A DNA stretch of 64,000 nucleotides, taken from NCBI GenBank assembly GCA_038245725.1, contig JBBRSD010000009.1, positions 2,918 to 66,917 of the forward strand, written 5' to 3'. Numbering within the stretch: position 1 is the stretch's first letter; each line of letters opens with the position of its first letter. The stretch is from Coriobacteriia bacterium (GTDB taxonomy: Bacteria; Actinomycetota; Coriobacteriia; Anaerosomatales; JAAXUF01). A model generated the notes under the pieces. It saw only the letters and a program-made list of their open reading frames with translations, was not told the origin of the DNA and searched no databases. The translations under genes were made by a program, and so were the position numbers. Positions 46,536 through 55,878 of the stretch are shown in pieces.

Positions 46536-47657
46536 GTGAACTGGCGACGCTACCGGCTCATCGTGTGGAAGGAGTTCCTGCAGCTCAGGCGCGACCCTCT
46601 GCTGCTGCGCATCGTCTTGATCATGCCGGTCCTGCAACTGCTCATGTTCGGCTACGTTGTGGGCGCCGACGTGACGCATCTCCCCACCGCGATCGTCGAC
46701 CACGATCACACGGCGACCTCACGGGCGCTCGTGAACTCCTTCGCGAGCAGCAACTACTTCACGATCGTGGCGAGGCCCACCGCCGAGAAGGACCTCCTGC
46801 CGCTGCTCGACAGCACGAAGGCGCAGGTGGCGATCGTCATCGACGCGGGAACTGAAGTCGGCCTGCTCGCCGGGCGCACGATGCCAGTTGGCATCGTCGT
46901 CGACGGCGCTGACAGCAGGACCGCGTCAGTCGCGAGCGGCTACGCGGCGCAGGTGATAGCGGCGTACAATGCGCGGCGCCTCGCGCTGCAGACCGCTCGG
47001 GTGCATGGGCCCAGCCTCGACTCGCGCGTGCGCGTCGTCTTCAACCCGTCGATCAGAGCGGTCAACGCGATGATTCCGGGGCTGATCGCTGCGATCCTGA
47101 TGATTTCGGTCATGGCGGTCATGAGCCAGGCGGTCGTCCGCGAGCGCGCGCGCGGCACGCTCGAGCAGATGATGGTGACGCCACTCTCGCGCGGCGAATA
47201 TCTTCTCGGCAAGGTCACGCCCTACGTGCTCATCGCGAGCGTGCAGATGGGGTTCGTCGCGTTTCTCGGCAGGGTGTGGTTCCGGGTACCGTTCAACGGC
47301 AGCCTCTGGACGGTTGCGCTGGGACTGGGGCTGTTCACGTTCACGTCGATCGGGATGGCGCTCCTCATATCGCTCGTGTCGCGCACGCAGCAGCAGGCGC
47401 AACAGATGACGATGTTCGTGATGATCCCGACGATGGTTCTGTCCGGCTTCATGTTCCCGCTCGAGTCGATGCCGGCGCCGATACTGCCGCTCACCTACAT
47501 CATCCCTCTGCGCTACGCACTGGTCGTGCTGCGCGGGTCCTTCCTCAAGGGAGCGAGCATCGCCGACCTCGCGGTGCCGCTGGGAGCGATGGCGCTGTTC
47601 AGCCTCGTGATCTTCACAGCGGCGGTCACGCGGTTCTCTCGGACGCTCGGGGACTAG
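46536..47657 (+). CDS. ABC-2 type permease (B2)
   Basis: WKEFLQLRRDPL. Collinear with 42520-43638. Confidence 0.88.
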   Translation: MNWRRYRLIVWKEFLQLRRDPLLLRIVLIMPVLQLLMFGYVVGADVTHLPTAIVDHDHTATSRALVNSFASSNYFTIVARPTAEKDLLPLLDSTKAQVAIVIDAGTEVGLLAGRTMPVGIVVDGADSRTASVASGYAAQVIAAYNARRLALQTARVHGPSLDSRVRVVFNPSIRAVNAMIPGLIAAILMISVMAVMSQAVVRERARGTLEQMMVTPLSRGEYLLGKVTPYVLIASVQMGFVAFLGRVWFRVPFNGSLWTVALGLGLFTFTSIGMALLISLVSRTQQQAQQMTMFVMIPTMVLSGFMFPLESMPAPILPLTYIIPLRYALVVLRGSFLKGASIADLAVPLGAMALFSLVIFTAAVTRFSRTLGD

Positions 47658-47673
47658 GCGGGCACGCGGTGTG

Positions 47674-48972
47674 TCACCCGGCGGACGGCTCGACTTCGCC
47701 GGCGAGCATGACGCCGTTGCCGCCGCTGGCCTTGACCCGGTACATGGCGTCATCCGCGCGGCGCATCAGCGTGTCGTCATCGTCCCCGTCCTCGTAGAGA
47801 GCAACGCCGATGCTGAGCGCCACACAGACGTCCGATTCCCCATGGGGAATCGTGAGGTGGGTCTTCTTGAGAATCTTGCGCGCCACTGTCAACGCAGCTG
47901 CAACCGACTTGACGCGCGGGAGGAGCACAACGAACTCGTCGCCTCCCAATCGAGCCACGGTGTCGCCCGCGCGAACGGCTCCCAGGAGCGAGTCTGCGAT
48001 GGACTGAAGGACGCCGTCTCCTATCACATGCCCCAGCGTGTCGTTGATTGCTTTGAAATCGTCGACATCGCAGAACATGAGGGCCGGATGAGCTTCTCCG
48101 CGCAGGGTTTGCGCCAGTGTCAGCTCTAGCCTGTCGGTGAAGAGCAGCCGGTTGGGTAGCCCCGTCAAAGCGTCATGCGTCGCGAGGTGCTGCGCCAGTT
48201 CCTCCACGGCTTTGCGCTCGGTGATGTCGCGGAAGTCCTCGATGACGCCGACTGTCTTGCCCCCGACAACGAACGGCCGAGACGTGAGCAAGCAGGTCAC
48301 CGTCGTGCCGTCAGAGCGCGTCTTCTGGACCTCGCTTACGAGCTTCTCTTCTCCTCGGAGTGCGCGTCGCAAGGCGCAGTCCGGGGTGTGGCACGTCTTA
48401 CCCGGGAAGGCGTCGTAGCATTTCATCCCGACCGCGGTGTCGTAGTCGATACCGGCGACCTCCGCGAGCGTGTGATTCAGGCGAGTCATGTTGAACTTCT
48501 TGTCGATGATGCGCATCCCATCGGCTGCCGTGTCAAACACCTGGTTGATCTGCGACAGCGCATCCTCGGCGAGCCGCTCCACCCGGCGGCGCTCGGAGAT
48601 GTCGCGGACGACAGCGACAACCATCCTCACCCCATCGACGACAGCGATGCGAGCGCTGTTCTCAACCGGAAAGGCCGTGCCGTCCGCGCGCATGTGAGAG
48701 GCCTCGAAGAGCGCGCCGGCTTCCGTGATCTGACCGCCACGCGTGGAATCGTCCTCCGAGATGTTCGGATCGGCGTGCGCCGGATCGAGAAGATCGAAGA
48801 TGCGCATCCCGACCAGCTTGCCGATGGGGTATCCGTACGTCTCCTCGGCCACGCGGTTCGCCGCGACGATGCTGCCATCGTCCTCGCGAATGAAAAGGAC
48901 GGCGTCGCGCACGTACTCCAGCAGCATGCGGCACTCGTCCGAGAGGTGATTCTCGATGGGTGATTTCTTCAC
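47674..48972 (-). CDS. PAS-PAS-GGDEF diguanylate cyclase
   Basis: Two PAS-like segments, then HDALTGLPNR...DVDDFKAINDTLGH...RLGGDEFVVLL. Confidence 0.9.
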   Translation of the reverse strand: MKKSPIENHLSDECRMLLEYVRDAVLFIREDDGSIVAANRVAEETYGYPIGKLVGMRIFDLLDPAHADPNISEDDSTRGGQITEAGALFEASHMRADGTAFPVENSARIAVVDGVRMVVAVVRDISERRRVERLAEDALSQINQVFDTAADGMRIIDKKFNMTRLNHTLAEVAGIDYDTAVGMKCYDAFPGKTCHTPDCALRRALRGEEKLVSEVQKTRSDGTTVTCLLTSRPFVVGGKTVGVIEDFRDITERKAVEELAQHLATHDALTGLPNRLLFTDRLELTLAQTLRGEAHPALMFCDVDDFKAINDTLGHVIGDGVLQSIADSLLGAVRAGDTVARLGGDEFVVLLPRVKSVAAALTVARKILKKTHLTIPHGESDVCVALSIGVALYEDGDDDDTLMRRADDAMYRVKASGGNGVMLAGEVEPSAG

Positions 48973-49048
48973 AGGGACACTCGTCCTCCAGCGGCGGCTT
49001 GATGTATCTACCCGGGTGGGGCGGCACCAGTCGAAGGATCGGGCGCCG

Positions 49049-50248
49049 CTACGCCTCCCGTAGCGCGCGCTGCGTCCATCCGAAGCCGGCCGCGAGCAGC
49101 GCGGTGAGCCCCACCGCGACCACGAGTATGGGTAGTGCTACTTTATCGGCAAGAGCACCGGTCCCCATGAGGCCCAAGACCATCATGACGCGCGTCGCGG
49201 TGGTGTTTGCGGCCATCACGCGGCCGCGAACGGAGCTGTCAGGCAGCGTCTGGAACAGCGTGATCGCCGGGATGAAGAAGAACATGTTCGCAATCCCAGT
49301 CACCACGATGAGCGCGGCCGCGGTCCATATGCTGTTCGCGAGGGCGACGAGCGCGAACGCCGGTGCGAACAGCGTGACACCGAAGAGGAACTTCGCCCCC
49401 GGGCGACTCGGGCCGCTTCGCGCCACCAGCACCGAGCCGATGAGGATGCCCACAGCACTCGCCGCGTCGAGCAGGGCCAGACCGGGCGCGCCCGCCCGGT
49501 AGCGCTGAAGCGCGAGCGCGTAGCAGACCGCCATCGACGCGGCGCCGAACAGCGCGCTCGGCACGTAGATGCTGAAGAGCTGGCGCAGCACGTCGTTGTT
49601 CGCGATGGCGCGCGCCCCCGCGAGCGTCTCGGCGACGAAGTCCTCGCGCTCGCCGGTGAACGGCAGTTGTGGCTGGCGAAAGCCGATCATCGCGATGGTG
49701 CCCGCCGAGACGAGGAACGTGACGCCGTCGAGCGTGAACGCCCACGCATAGCCGACCGTCGCGACGATTCCCGCGCCGATAGCGAGGCCCGCGATCTCGG
49801 CGATCGCCTCGGAGGCGTTGTCGAGCGAGTTCGCGGCCATGAGCTCGCCCTCGGGGACGATGTCTGGGATGAGCGAGCGTTTCGCGGGCACGAAGAAGAG
49901 CGCGAGCGTCGAGGCGACGAAGGCGAGCGCGTACGCCCACCCGATGCCGTGGGGAACGACGAAAGGGATCGAGACGACGACCGCGGCACGGATGAGATCG
50001 GCGGCGAGCATCGTGCGTCGGCGGTCCCAGCGGTCGACGAAGACGCCGGCCGGCATCCCGAACAGCGCCGCCGGCAGCACCGTCACGCCGAGCATGATGC
50101 CCATCTGCAGCATGGAGCCAGTGACGGCGAATACCATCAGCGCCATGGCGATCTGATTGATCTTGTCGCCGATCACCGATACGACCTGTCCTATCCACAG
50201 GCGGCGGTAATCAACAATGCGCAGCGGCGCAAGCGTGCGTGAGCCCAA
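49049..50248 (-). CDS. MFS transporter
   Basis: 12 predicted TM. YRRLWIGQVVSVIGDKI and FVDRWDRRRTM motifs typical of EntS/MFS_3-like exporters. Confidence 0.85.
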   Translation of the reverse strand: MGSRTLAPLRIVDYRRLWIGQVVSVIGDKINQIAMALMVFAVTGSMLQMGIMLGVTVLPAALFGMPAGVFVDRWDRRRTMLAADLIRAAVVVSIPFVVPHGIGWAYALAFVASTLALFFVPAKRSLIPDIVPEGELMAANSLDNASEAIAEIAGLAIGAGIVATVGYAWAFTLDGVTFLVSAGTIAMIGFRQPQLPFTGEREDFVAETLAGARAIANNDVLRQLFSIYVPSALFGAASMAVCYALALQRYRAGAPGLALLDAASAVGILIGSVLVARSGPSRPGAKFLFGVTLFAPAFALVALANSIWTAAALIVVTGIANMFFFIPAITLFQTLPDSSVRGRVMAANTTATRVMMVLGLMGTGALADKVALPILVVAVGLTALLAAGFGWTQRALREA

Positions 50249-50319
50249 TCGATCCCTCCCATCCCTCAGCCATCATGGCGGGAGAATGCGCGGCTGTCCA
50301 AACCTGCTGAGAAACCCTT

Positions 50320-53184
50320 CTAGCTGCGGGATTCTCGGCGACGACGGGTCGCGGCGAGCGCAAGCAGCATCGCGCTGAGCAGCAGCGCCACGCCAGCTAC
50401 GAGCGACCCGAGCGCGAAGCCGGGCGTCGTGTAGCGCAGCTCGATCGCGTGCTTACCGGCCGTGACCGGGATACCGGTGAACGCCGTGTTGGCGCGCACC
50501 GTGCGCGCGGGCTTGCCGTCGACCGTCGCGCGCCATCCGCTCGAGAACGGGATGCTCAGGAAGAGCAGACCGGCTCTCGGCGAGTCGACTTCACCGGCAA
50601 CGGTGTTGTTGCCCACGCGTATCTCGCGCATCGGGTTGGCGCGCAGCGGGGCGACTCGCGACACGTATGAGGCCATCGGCACCGCGAGGACCTTGAGGCT
50701 TCGGAACGTGAGCGTGCCAGGCACTTCGAGACGCATCGTCGCAGTCGTCACGACCGATCGCTGGTATCCGAGGTTCACGGTCTGCGTGCGGTTGCCCCAG
50801 TAGTAGGGGTACGCCGGCGTCTGCCACAACTCCGACTTCTCCGGTCCGCCCGCGGTGTACCACGTCTTGACCTGCACCGGCGTCCAGAACAGGCGGTTCT
50901 TGGCCTTGAGCGCGGCGACCGCCGCCGGAGTCGGATTCGGGCCAAGCAGGTAGTCCCTGCGCTCGAGCGGCGAACTCGCGACGTCGTCGAACCCGGCAAG
51001 CTGCACGTAGAGCTCAGCGTCGACCGGTGCCGAGAAGCGCAGGTCGATTCGGCTGTTGGCTGCGAGCTTGACGATGCGACCAGCCGCCAGATCGACGTCG
51101 GCACCCTTAGTCGCGACCACCGAAAACGGCACATCGACGACGGTCACGCTCGGCACGACCGACGGTAGCGAGATGCCCGAGCCATCCTCTATGACGGCGC
51201 CCTCGAGCATCGCTTGCTGGCGTGCGATGATCGGCAGTGCCTCGAACGCGGCGCGGCTGATGATGTGGTCGTACACGAAGCCGAGAGGTAGCGAGTACCG
51301 GTTCTCGTAGAGACCACCCTTGGACGACTTCTTCACCAGGTCGTATCCGTAGGGCACGTAGCCCGATCGCTTGCCGGCGGCGGTGTAGTACTTCACGGCG
51401 GTGATCTCGTCGAGAGCGGCACGGTCGTCGAAGCCCGAGTAGGAGAACGACGACCACCCGCCGCGGATGTCGTTGTCGACGATGAAGTTGGTCACATTGC
51501 CGTTCAGAAGGGAGAAGTAGTAGCTCGTCGGGCGAAAGTGCTGTACGAGCGCGTCGTTGTAGAAGAGCGGTTCGCTGTCCTGAACGCGGTAGAACGTGTC
51601 GTCTGAGATGCCGGAGGCAAGCGCACCGGGCGCCTTGAGATACGTGTTGAGAACCTGGCCCACCGCAAGGTTGTCTCGCAGGCTATTGGCGTACCGCGCG
51701 TCGTGCGTGAGACCGCCCGCCGCGACGATGCCTGCGACAAGCAGCGCGAACACCGCCCAGCGCGTAGGTGGGACGTTCCAGTCTCGCTGCTTGCTTCTCG
51801 GCGTCGGATTCCGCGCCTCGCGCCGCGACTCGCGAACGGTTCCGCCCCGGCGGGCGAGCAACCATTCGAGCACGAAGACGCCCCATGTGAGCAAGCCGAT
51901 AGCGAAGGGCATTGTGAGCACGGCGTTGATCGGGACGTCGCTCATGAACACGCACGCCCACATCACGACGTAGGCAGCGAGCATGGCGCCGAGCTCCCGG
52001 CCCGAGAACGCGTTGTCATCGGCGAGCAGAAGACCTACCGCGAGCGCGATGAAGAGGCCCCACTCGAAGCCGTAGCGACCGCTCGGGAACGTGAAGCCGT
52101 TGTAGACGGCGCTCACGACCGGCAAGCCGAGCAGGAACGGGAAGGCAGCGAGCATGACCTTGAGCGCAGTGTTGCCGCGGCGCATGAACACCGCGGGTAT
52201 GACCACGAAACCAAGCGGAGCGAAGCCGAGAACGGTGGAGTTGGGACCGATCGCCGTCGATACGAGCGCGGCAAGATAGCGGCCATAGTCCTGCAGCGAA
52301 AAGAACAGGTGTGGCGCGAATGCGATCTGCCTGCGGACTGTCGTGAAGATGGCAGCCGCGCTCGGGAGGAGCACCGGCCCGGCGAGCAGGATGCCCAGCG
52401 CGACGCTGCCGGCGATCCGCAAGCCATCGGGTGCGAGCCGGCGCCATCGATCCTCTCTCGGCGTGGTCTCGAAGTACCGGGCGATCACGTAGATCACGAG
52501 TGTGAGCGCTTCCATATAGAAGAAGTAGAAGTTGCCCACAGCGCCGAGGAAGACCGCGACCACGAGCACCCAGGAGCGTTTGCGTTCGAGGGCGTACTCG
52601 GCCCCCAACAGCAGCAGCGGGAAGAGTGCCAGAGCGGTCGCGAAGATCGGGTGGCGGGTGGACGAGTACAGCGTAAACGTCGCGAGGCAGTAGATCAGGC
52701 TTCCCGCGAGCGCCGAGATGGGCCGCGCGCCCATCTTGCGCAGATACATCGCCGAGAACACGCCCGCGCACGCGATGCGCACGATATAGACGACCGTGTA
52801 GGCGAGCTCCAGCGACCGCATCGGGAACAGAAGGCTGATCGGCACGAAGGGATCGCCGACCACATAGAAGGAGAGGGTGCTGATCGTATCGGCGCCGAGC
52901 CCCAGCTGCCACGACCAGAACGGGAAGCCCTGGCCCGGGTTGTGGAGGAACTGCCGGACGATCTGGTTCAGGAAGTACATCGACGGGAAGTGTTGCGCGG
53001 CGCCGTCGGGCACCCACACGAGCGACTTGTGGTAGATCGCGAAGTAACGGAAGGCGACCGCGAACACTGCCGAGAAGATCACGCTGCCGATCGCGACGTT
53101 TCGCGCTGCGCGCCACTGCTGGGACGGTTGCGGTGCGACCGCTTCCGAAGCGGTGGGTGGTGGCGCCCACGAGCGATCAGTCAC
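50320..53184 (-). CDS. YfhO-family polytopic membrane protein, paralogue 2
   Basis: Collinear with 13948-16863 (for example IYHKSLVWVPDGAAQHFP vs LYHKSNVWWLDGMAQHFP; C-terminus LLFLSIPFSSGWRATVDGKPA vs LLFLSVPYSSGWRATIDGRSA). GTG 53184 overlaps the GT2 stop (GTGACTGA); ATG 53247 is an alternative start. Confidence 0.8.
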   Translation of the reverse strand: MTDRSWAPPPTASEAVAPQPSQQWRAARNVAIGSVIFSAVFAVAFRYFAIYHKSLVWVPDGAAQHFPSMYFLNQIVRQFLHNPGQGFPFWSWQLGLGADTISTLSFYVVGDPFVPISLLFPMRSLELAYTVVYIVRIACAGVFSAMYLRKMGARPISALAGSLIYCLATFTLYSSTRHPIFATALALFPLLLLGAEYALERKRSWVLVVAVFLGAVGNFYFFYMEALTLVIYVIARYFETTPREDRWRRLAPDGLRIAGSVALGILLAGPVLLPSAAAIFTTVRRQIAFAPHLFFSLQDYGRYLAALVSTAIGPNSTVLGFAPLGFVVIPAVFMRRGNTALKVMLAAFPFLLGLPVVSAVYNGFTFPSGRYGFEWGLFIALAVGLLLADDNAFSGRELGAMLAAYVVMWACVFMSDVPINAVLTMPFAIGLLTWGVFVLEWLLARRGGTVRESRREARNPTPRSKQRDWNVPPTRWAVFALLVAGIVAAGGLTHDARYANSLRDNLAVGQVLNTYLKAPGALASGISDDTFYRVQDSEPLFYNDALVQHFRPTSYYFSLLNGNVTNFIVDNDIRGGWSSFSYSGFDDRAALDEITAVKYYTAAGKRSGYVPYGYDLVKKSSKGGLYENRYSLPLGFVYDHIISRAAFEALPIIARQQAMLEGAVIEDGSGISLPSVVPSVTVVDVPFSVVATKGADVDLAAGRIVKLAANSRIDLRFSAPVDAELYVQLAGFDDVASSPLERRDYLLGPNPTPAAVAALKAKNRLFWTPVQVKTWYTAGGPEKSELWQTPAYPYYWGNRTQTVNLGYQRSVVTTATMRLEVPGTLTFRSLKVLAVPMASYVSRVAPLRANPMREIRVGNNTVAGEVDSPRAGLLFLSIPFSSGWRATVDGKPARTVRANTAFTGIPVTAGKHAIELRYTTPGFALGSLVAGVALLLSAMLLALAATRRRRESRS

Positions 53185-53956
53185 GCGAGCCGTCCGGAGT
53201 CGAAGCGGACTCCTCGAACGCGGGGGCCGCAATCTTGCCACGCCCACCTGTCAGGCGGGCGACACCGAGCGAGGTCGTGCGCACGAGCGCCTCGAAGACG
53301 ATGGCACGCGATATCTTGGACTGGCCATGGCGGCGGTCGACGTAGGAGATCGGCACCTCCACGATGGCCGTGTCGATATCGCGCAGGCCGGCGAGCAGTT
53401 CGATGAGGAAGCTGTAACCCTCGGATCGAATGTCGGCGAAGGGCACGCGCGCCAAGGTCTCGGCGCGGTAGCAGCGGAAGCCGCTCGTGCAGTCGTGGAC
53501 CGGCGTGCCGACCATGATGCGGGCGTAGCCACTCCCCACGAAGCTCACCGCGCGCCGCACGGGACCCCAGTCGACGAGCGATTCCCCGCCATCGCAGTAG
53601 CGCGAGCCGATTGCGAGGTCGGCGCCCTGCTCGACCTTCTCGCGCAGGAACGCAAGCGAGCTCGGGTCGTGGGAGAGGTCGGCGTCCATGGTCGCCACGA
53701 TGTCGAAGCCGTGATCGATGCAGTACGCCATCCCCTCTTTCGAGGCCACCGAGTATCCGCGCTGACCGGTGCGGTGGATGACGTGGAAGCGCGGCTCGGC
53801 AGCGGCGATCTCATCGGCGAGAGCGCCGGTGCCATCGGGTGAGGCGTCATCGACGCAGACTACGTCGAGTTCCGGCTCGAGGGCGAGCAGCAGCTCGGCG
53901 AGCGCACGGATGTTGTCGGCTTCGTTGTAGGTCGGGATGACGACTGCGCAGCGCAT
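53177..53956 (-). CDS. Soluble GT2 polyprenol-phosphate sugar synthase (Ppm1/DPM1-like)
   Basis: VVIPTYNEADNI, CVDDASPDGT, TMDADLSHDP, GSRY. ATG 53956 follows GGGGGAG. The track ORF up to 54820 is an artefactual extension. Confidence 0.85.
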   Translation of the reverse strand: MRCAVVIPTYNEADNIRALAELLLALEPELDVVCVDDASPDGTGALADEIAAAEPRFHVIHRTGQRGYSVASKEGMAYCIDHGFDIVATMDADLSHDPSSLAFLREKVEQGADLAIGSRYCDGGESLVDWGPVRRAVSFVGSGYARIMVGTPVHDCTSGFRCYRAETLARVPFADIRSEGYSFLIELLAGLRDIDTAIVEVPISYVDRRHGQSKISRAIVFEALVRTTSLGVARLTGGRGKIAAPAFEESASTPDGSRD

Positions 53957-54072
53957 ACGAACTCCCCCGATCGATGGTCGGGAGTCACGGTACCTGTTCT
54001 GAGCCGCGCGTGCGAGTGCGAGGGGGCGCGCGACGCATGCGTGCGGGCGTCGCCAGTGTGCAGAAGCATGCG

Positions 54073-55449
54073 CTATCCGGCGAGGATCGCCCTCGCTGCC
54101 ATGACGCCGCTTGCGCTGGCCTGGATGAGACCGCGCGTGATGCCGGCACCGTCGCCGATCGCGAACAGGCCCGGGACCTGCGTCTCGAGGTTCGGCCTCA
54201 CCTGCAGGCGCGAGGAGTAGAACTTCACCTCGACGCCGTAGAGCAGCGTGCTCGGCCCCGAGATTCCTGGGGCGAGAGCCTCGAGCGCCTCGAGGAACTC
54301 GATGATGTCGGCGAGGTGCCGGTACGGCAGGACCGCCGAGAGGTCGCCCGGCGTCGCGTGGGCGAGCGTGGGCTCGGCGAGCGACTGCGCGATACGCTCG
54401 GGCGTCGAGCGGCGGCCGGCCTTCAAGTCCGCGAAACGCTGCACGAGGATCCCGTCGCCGAGCAGATTCGCGAGCTTCGCGATCGAGCGACCGTACGCGA
54501 TGGGATCGCGGAACGGCTCGGTGAAGCGCTGGCTCACGAGCACCGCGAAGTTCGTGTACGGCGTCTTGGCTTCGGCGTAGCTGTGGCCGTTGACGGTCAC
54601 GACGTCGCCGTAGCTTTCTGTAGTGACCTCCCCGTACGGGTTCATGCAAAACGTTCGCACCGTGTCGCCGAACGCCTTCGTGTGGTAAACGAGCTTGGCC
54701 TCGTAAAGCGCATCGGTAAGTCGCTCCATGACGGGGGCGGGGCACTCGACACGTACGCCGATGTCGACGGCGTTGCTGACGAGCGGAAGTCCCAGCAGAT
54801 GGGCCTGCTCGGCGAGCCACTCGGCACCTTCGCGGCCGGGTGCAGCGATGACCGACTCGGCGTGCACGATCTCGCCACCAGAGAGCTCAACGCCGGTCAC
54901 CCCGTCGGCGTCACAGAGGATGCGCTTGGCGGCGCGCTCGGTGGCAACTGTGATGCCGACCGACTCCAGATGCACGCGCATGGCGTCGAGGACCTTCGGC
55001 GAGCGGTCAGTGCCGAGGTGGCGGATGCGCATGGGCACGAGTTTCATGCCGACAAGCGTCGCTTCCTTCTCGAGCGCGGCGGCGATCTGCGGGTCGGGGC
55101 CGTGAACCTCGGTCGTGGCGCCGTATTCGAGCCACAGGCTGTCGGCGTACGCGACGAGCTGCTCGAGCTCGTCGCGCGGAACGAAGTCCCCCAGCCACCC
55201 TCCCACCTCCGTGGTGAGTGTGAGCTTCCCGTCCGAGAACGCTCCGGCGCCGCCCCAGCCGGTCATGATGTCGCACGTCTTGCAGTCCACACACGACGTT
55301 CGCCGAGCAGGACACCTGCGCTTGGCGATCGCGTGGCCCTTCTCGACGATGAGCACATCGGTCACGCCGTTCTTCGCGAGCTCGAGGGCGGCGAAGATGC
55401 CCGCGGGACCAGCACCGACGATGACGACCTTGTAAGCAGGAAACGACAC
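54073..55449 (-). CDS. FAD-dependent oxidoreductase (COG2509-like)
   Basis: KVVIVGAGPAGIFAALELAKNG dinucleotide fold and C-terminal GLFAIGDGAG. GTG 55449 lies 7 nt after GAGGAG. Confidence 0.8.
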   Translation of the reverse strand: MSFPAYKVVIVGAGPAGIFAALELAKNGVTDVLIVEKGHAIAKRRCPARRTSCVDCKTCDIMTGWGGAGAFSDGKLTLTTEVGGWLGDFVPRDELEQLVAYADSLWLEYGATTEVHGPDPQIAAALEKEATLVGMKLVPMRIRHLGTDRSPKVLDAMRVHLESVGITVATERAAKRILCDADGVTGVELSGGEIVHAESVIAAPGREGAEWLAEQAHLLGLPLVSNAVDIGVRVECPAPVMERLTDALYEAKLVYHTKAFGDTVRTFCMNPYGEVTTESYGDVVTVNGHSYAEAKTPYTNFAVLVSQRFTEPFRDPIAYGRSIAKLANLLGDGILVQRFADLKAGRRSTPERIAQSLAEPTLAHATPGDLSAVLPYRHLADIIEFLEALEALAPGISGPSTLLYGVEVKFYSSRLQVRPNLETQVPGLFAIGDGAGITRGLIQASASGVMAARAILAG

Positions 55450-55580
55450 CTTGGGACTCCTCGGCTGGTTAAGCTGGTAGAAGATGCGGGCTGCGCACGG
55501 TTTCGGGCCGTCGGTTATCATACCCGCGACTTCAGTTGCGTGCGTTCAGCGGGCATGTGCCGAGAGCGAAAGGCCAACCC

Positions 55581-55856
55581 ATGCCGACAAGCGGTACTTC
55601 CGGCCACGTTCCGAGAATCACCGTCTACACGAGCCCCTCGTGCCACTGGTGCAGGGTCGCCAAGCGCTATCTCGAGGAGCGCGGGCTTACCTACCGCGAA
55701 GTCGACATCGCCAACGACCCGCGCGGGCGCCAGGAGATGGTGCGCATGACAGGCCAGTACGGCGTGCCGGTGATTCGCGTGGGCGAGCAGGCGATGACCG
55801 GTTGGGACAAGGCCGAGTTAGAGCGACTGCTGAGCGGGAGGTACCGTCGGCGGTGA
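55581..55856 (+). CDS. Glutaredoxin-like protein (YruB-type), CHWC active site
   Basis: ITVYTSPSCHWCRVAKRYLEERG..YREVDI...YGVPVIRVG....GW thioredoxin fold. Confidence 0.8.
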   Translation: MPTSGTSGHVPRITVYTSPSCHWCRVAKRYLEERGLTYREVDIANDPRGRQEMVRMTGQYGVPVIRVGEQAMTGWDKAELERLLSGRYRRR

Positions 55857-55871
55857 GGTGAGGTGAGGTGA
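55852..55871. repeat. Pentanucleotide microsatellite (GGTGA)x4
   Basis: Read directly as GGTGAGGTGAGGTGAGGTGA. It contains the grx stop codon and places TGA in all three + frames. It lies 8 nt from the convergent dnaB stop. Confidence 0.9.
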
Positions 55872-55878
55872 GCCGCTC

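Noticed and set aside
51703-53406. 567-aa plus-strand ORF across YfhO paralogue 2 and the GT2 gene
   Set aside because: Antisense, E/R/H/D-rich, and it spans two well-supported minus-strand genes.
53957-54820. Upstream 288 codons of the 547-aa track ORF containing the Ppm1-like GT2
   Set aside because: This part overlaps the FAD-oxidoreductase gene in another frame and is Arg/Pro/Ala-rich. The GT2 domain begins right at ATG 53956, behind a GGGGGAG RBS.
53974-55749. 591-aa plus-strand ORF antisense to the FAD oxidoreductase
   Set aside because: No motifs. The minus frame carries the GAGPAG dinucleotide-binding fold.
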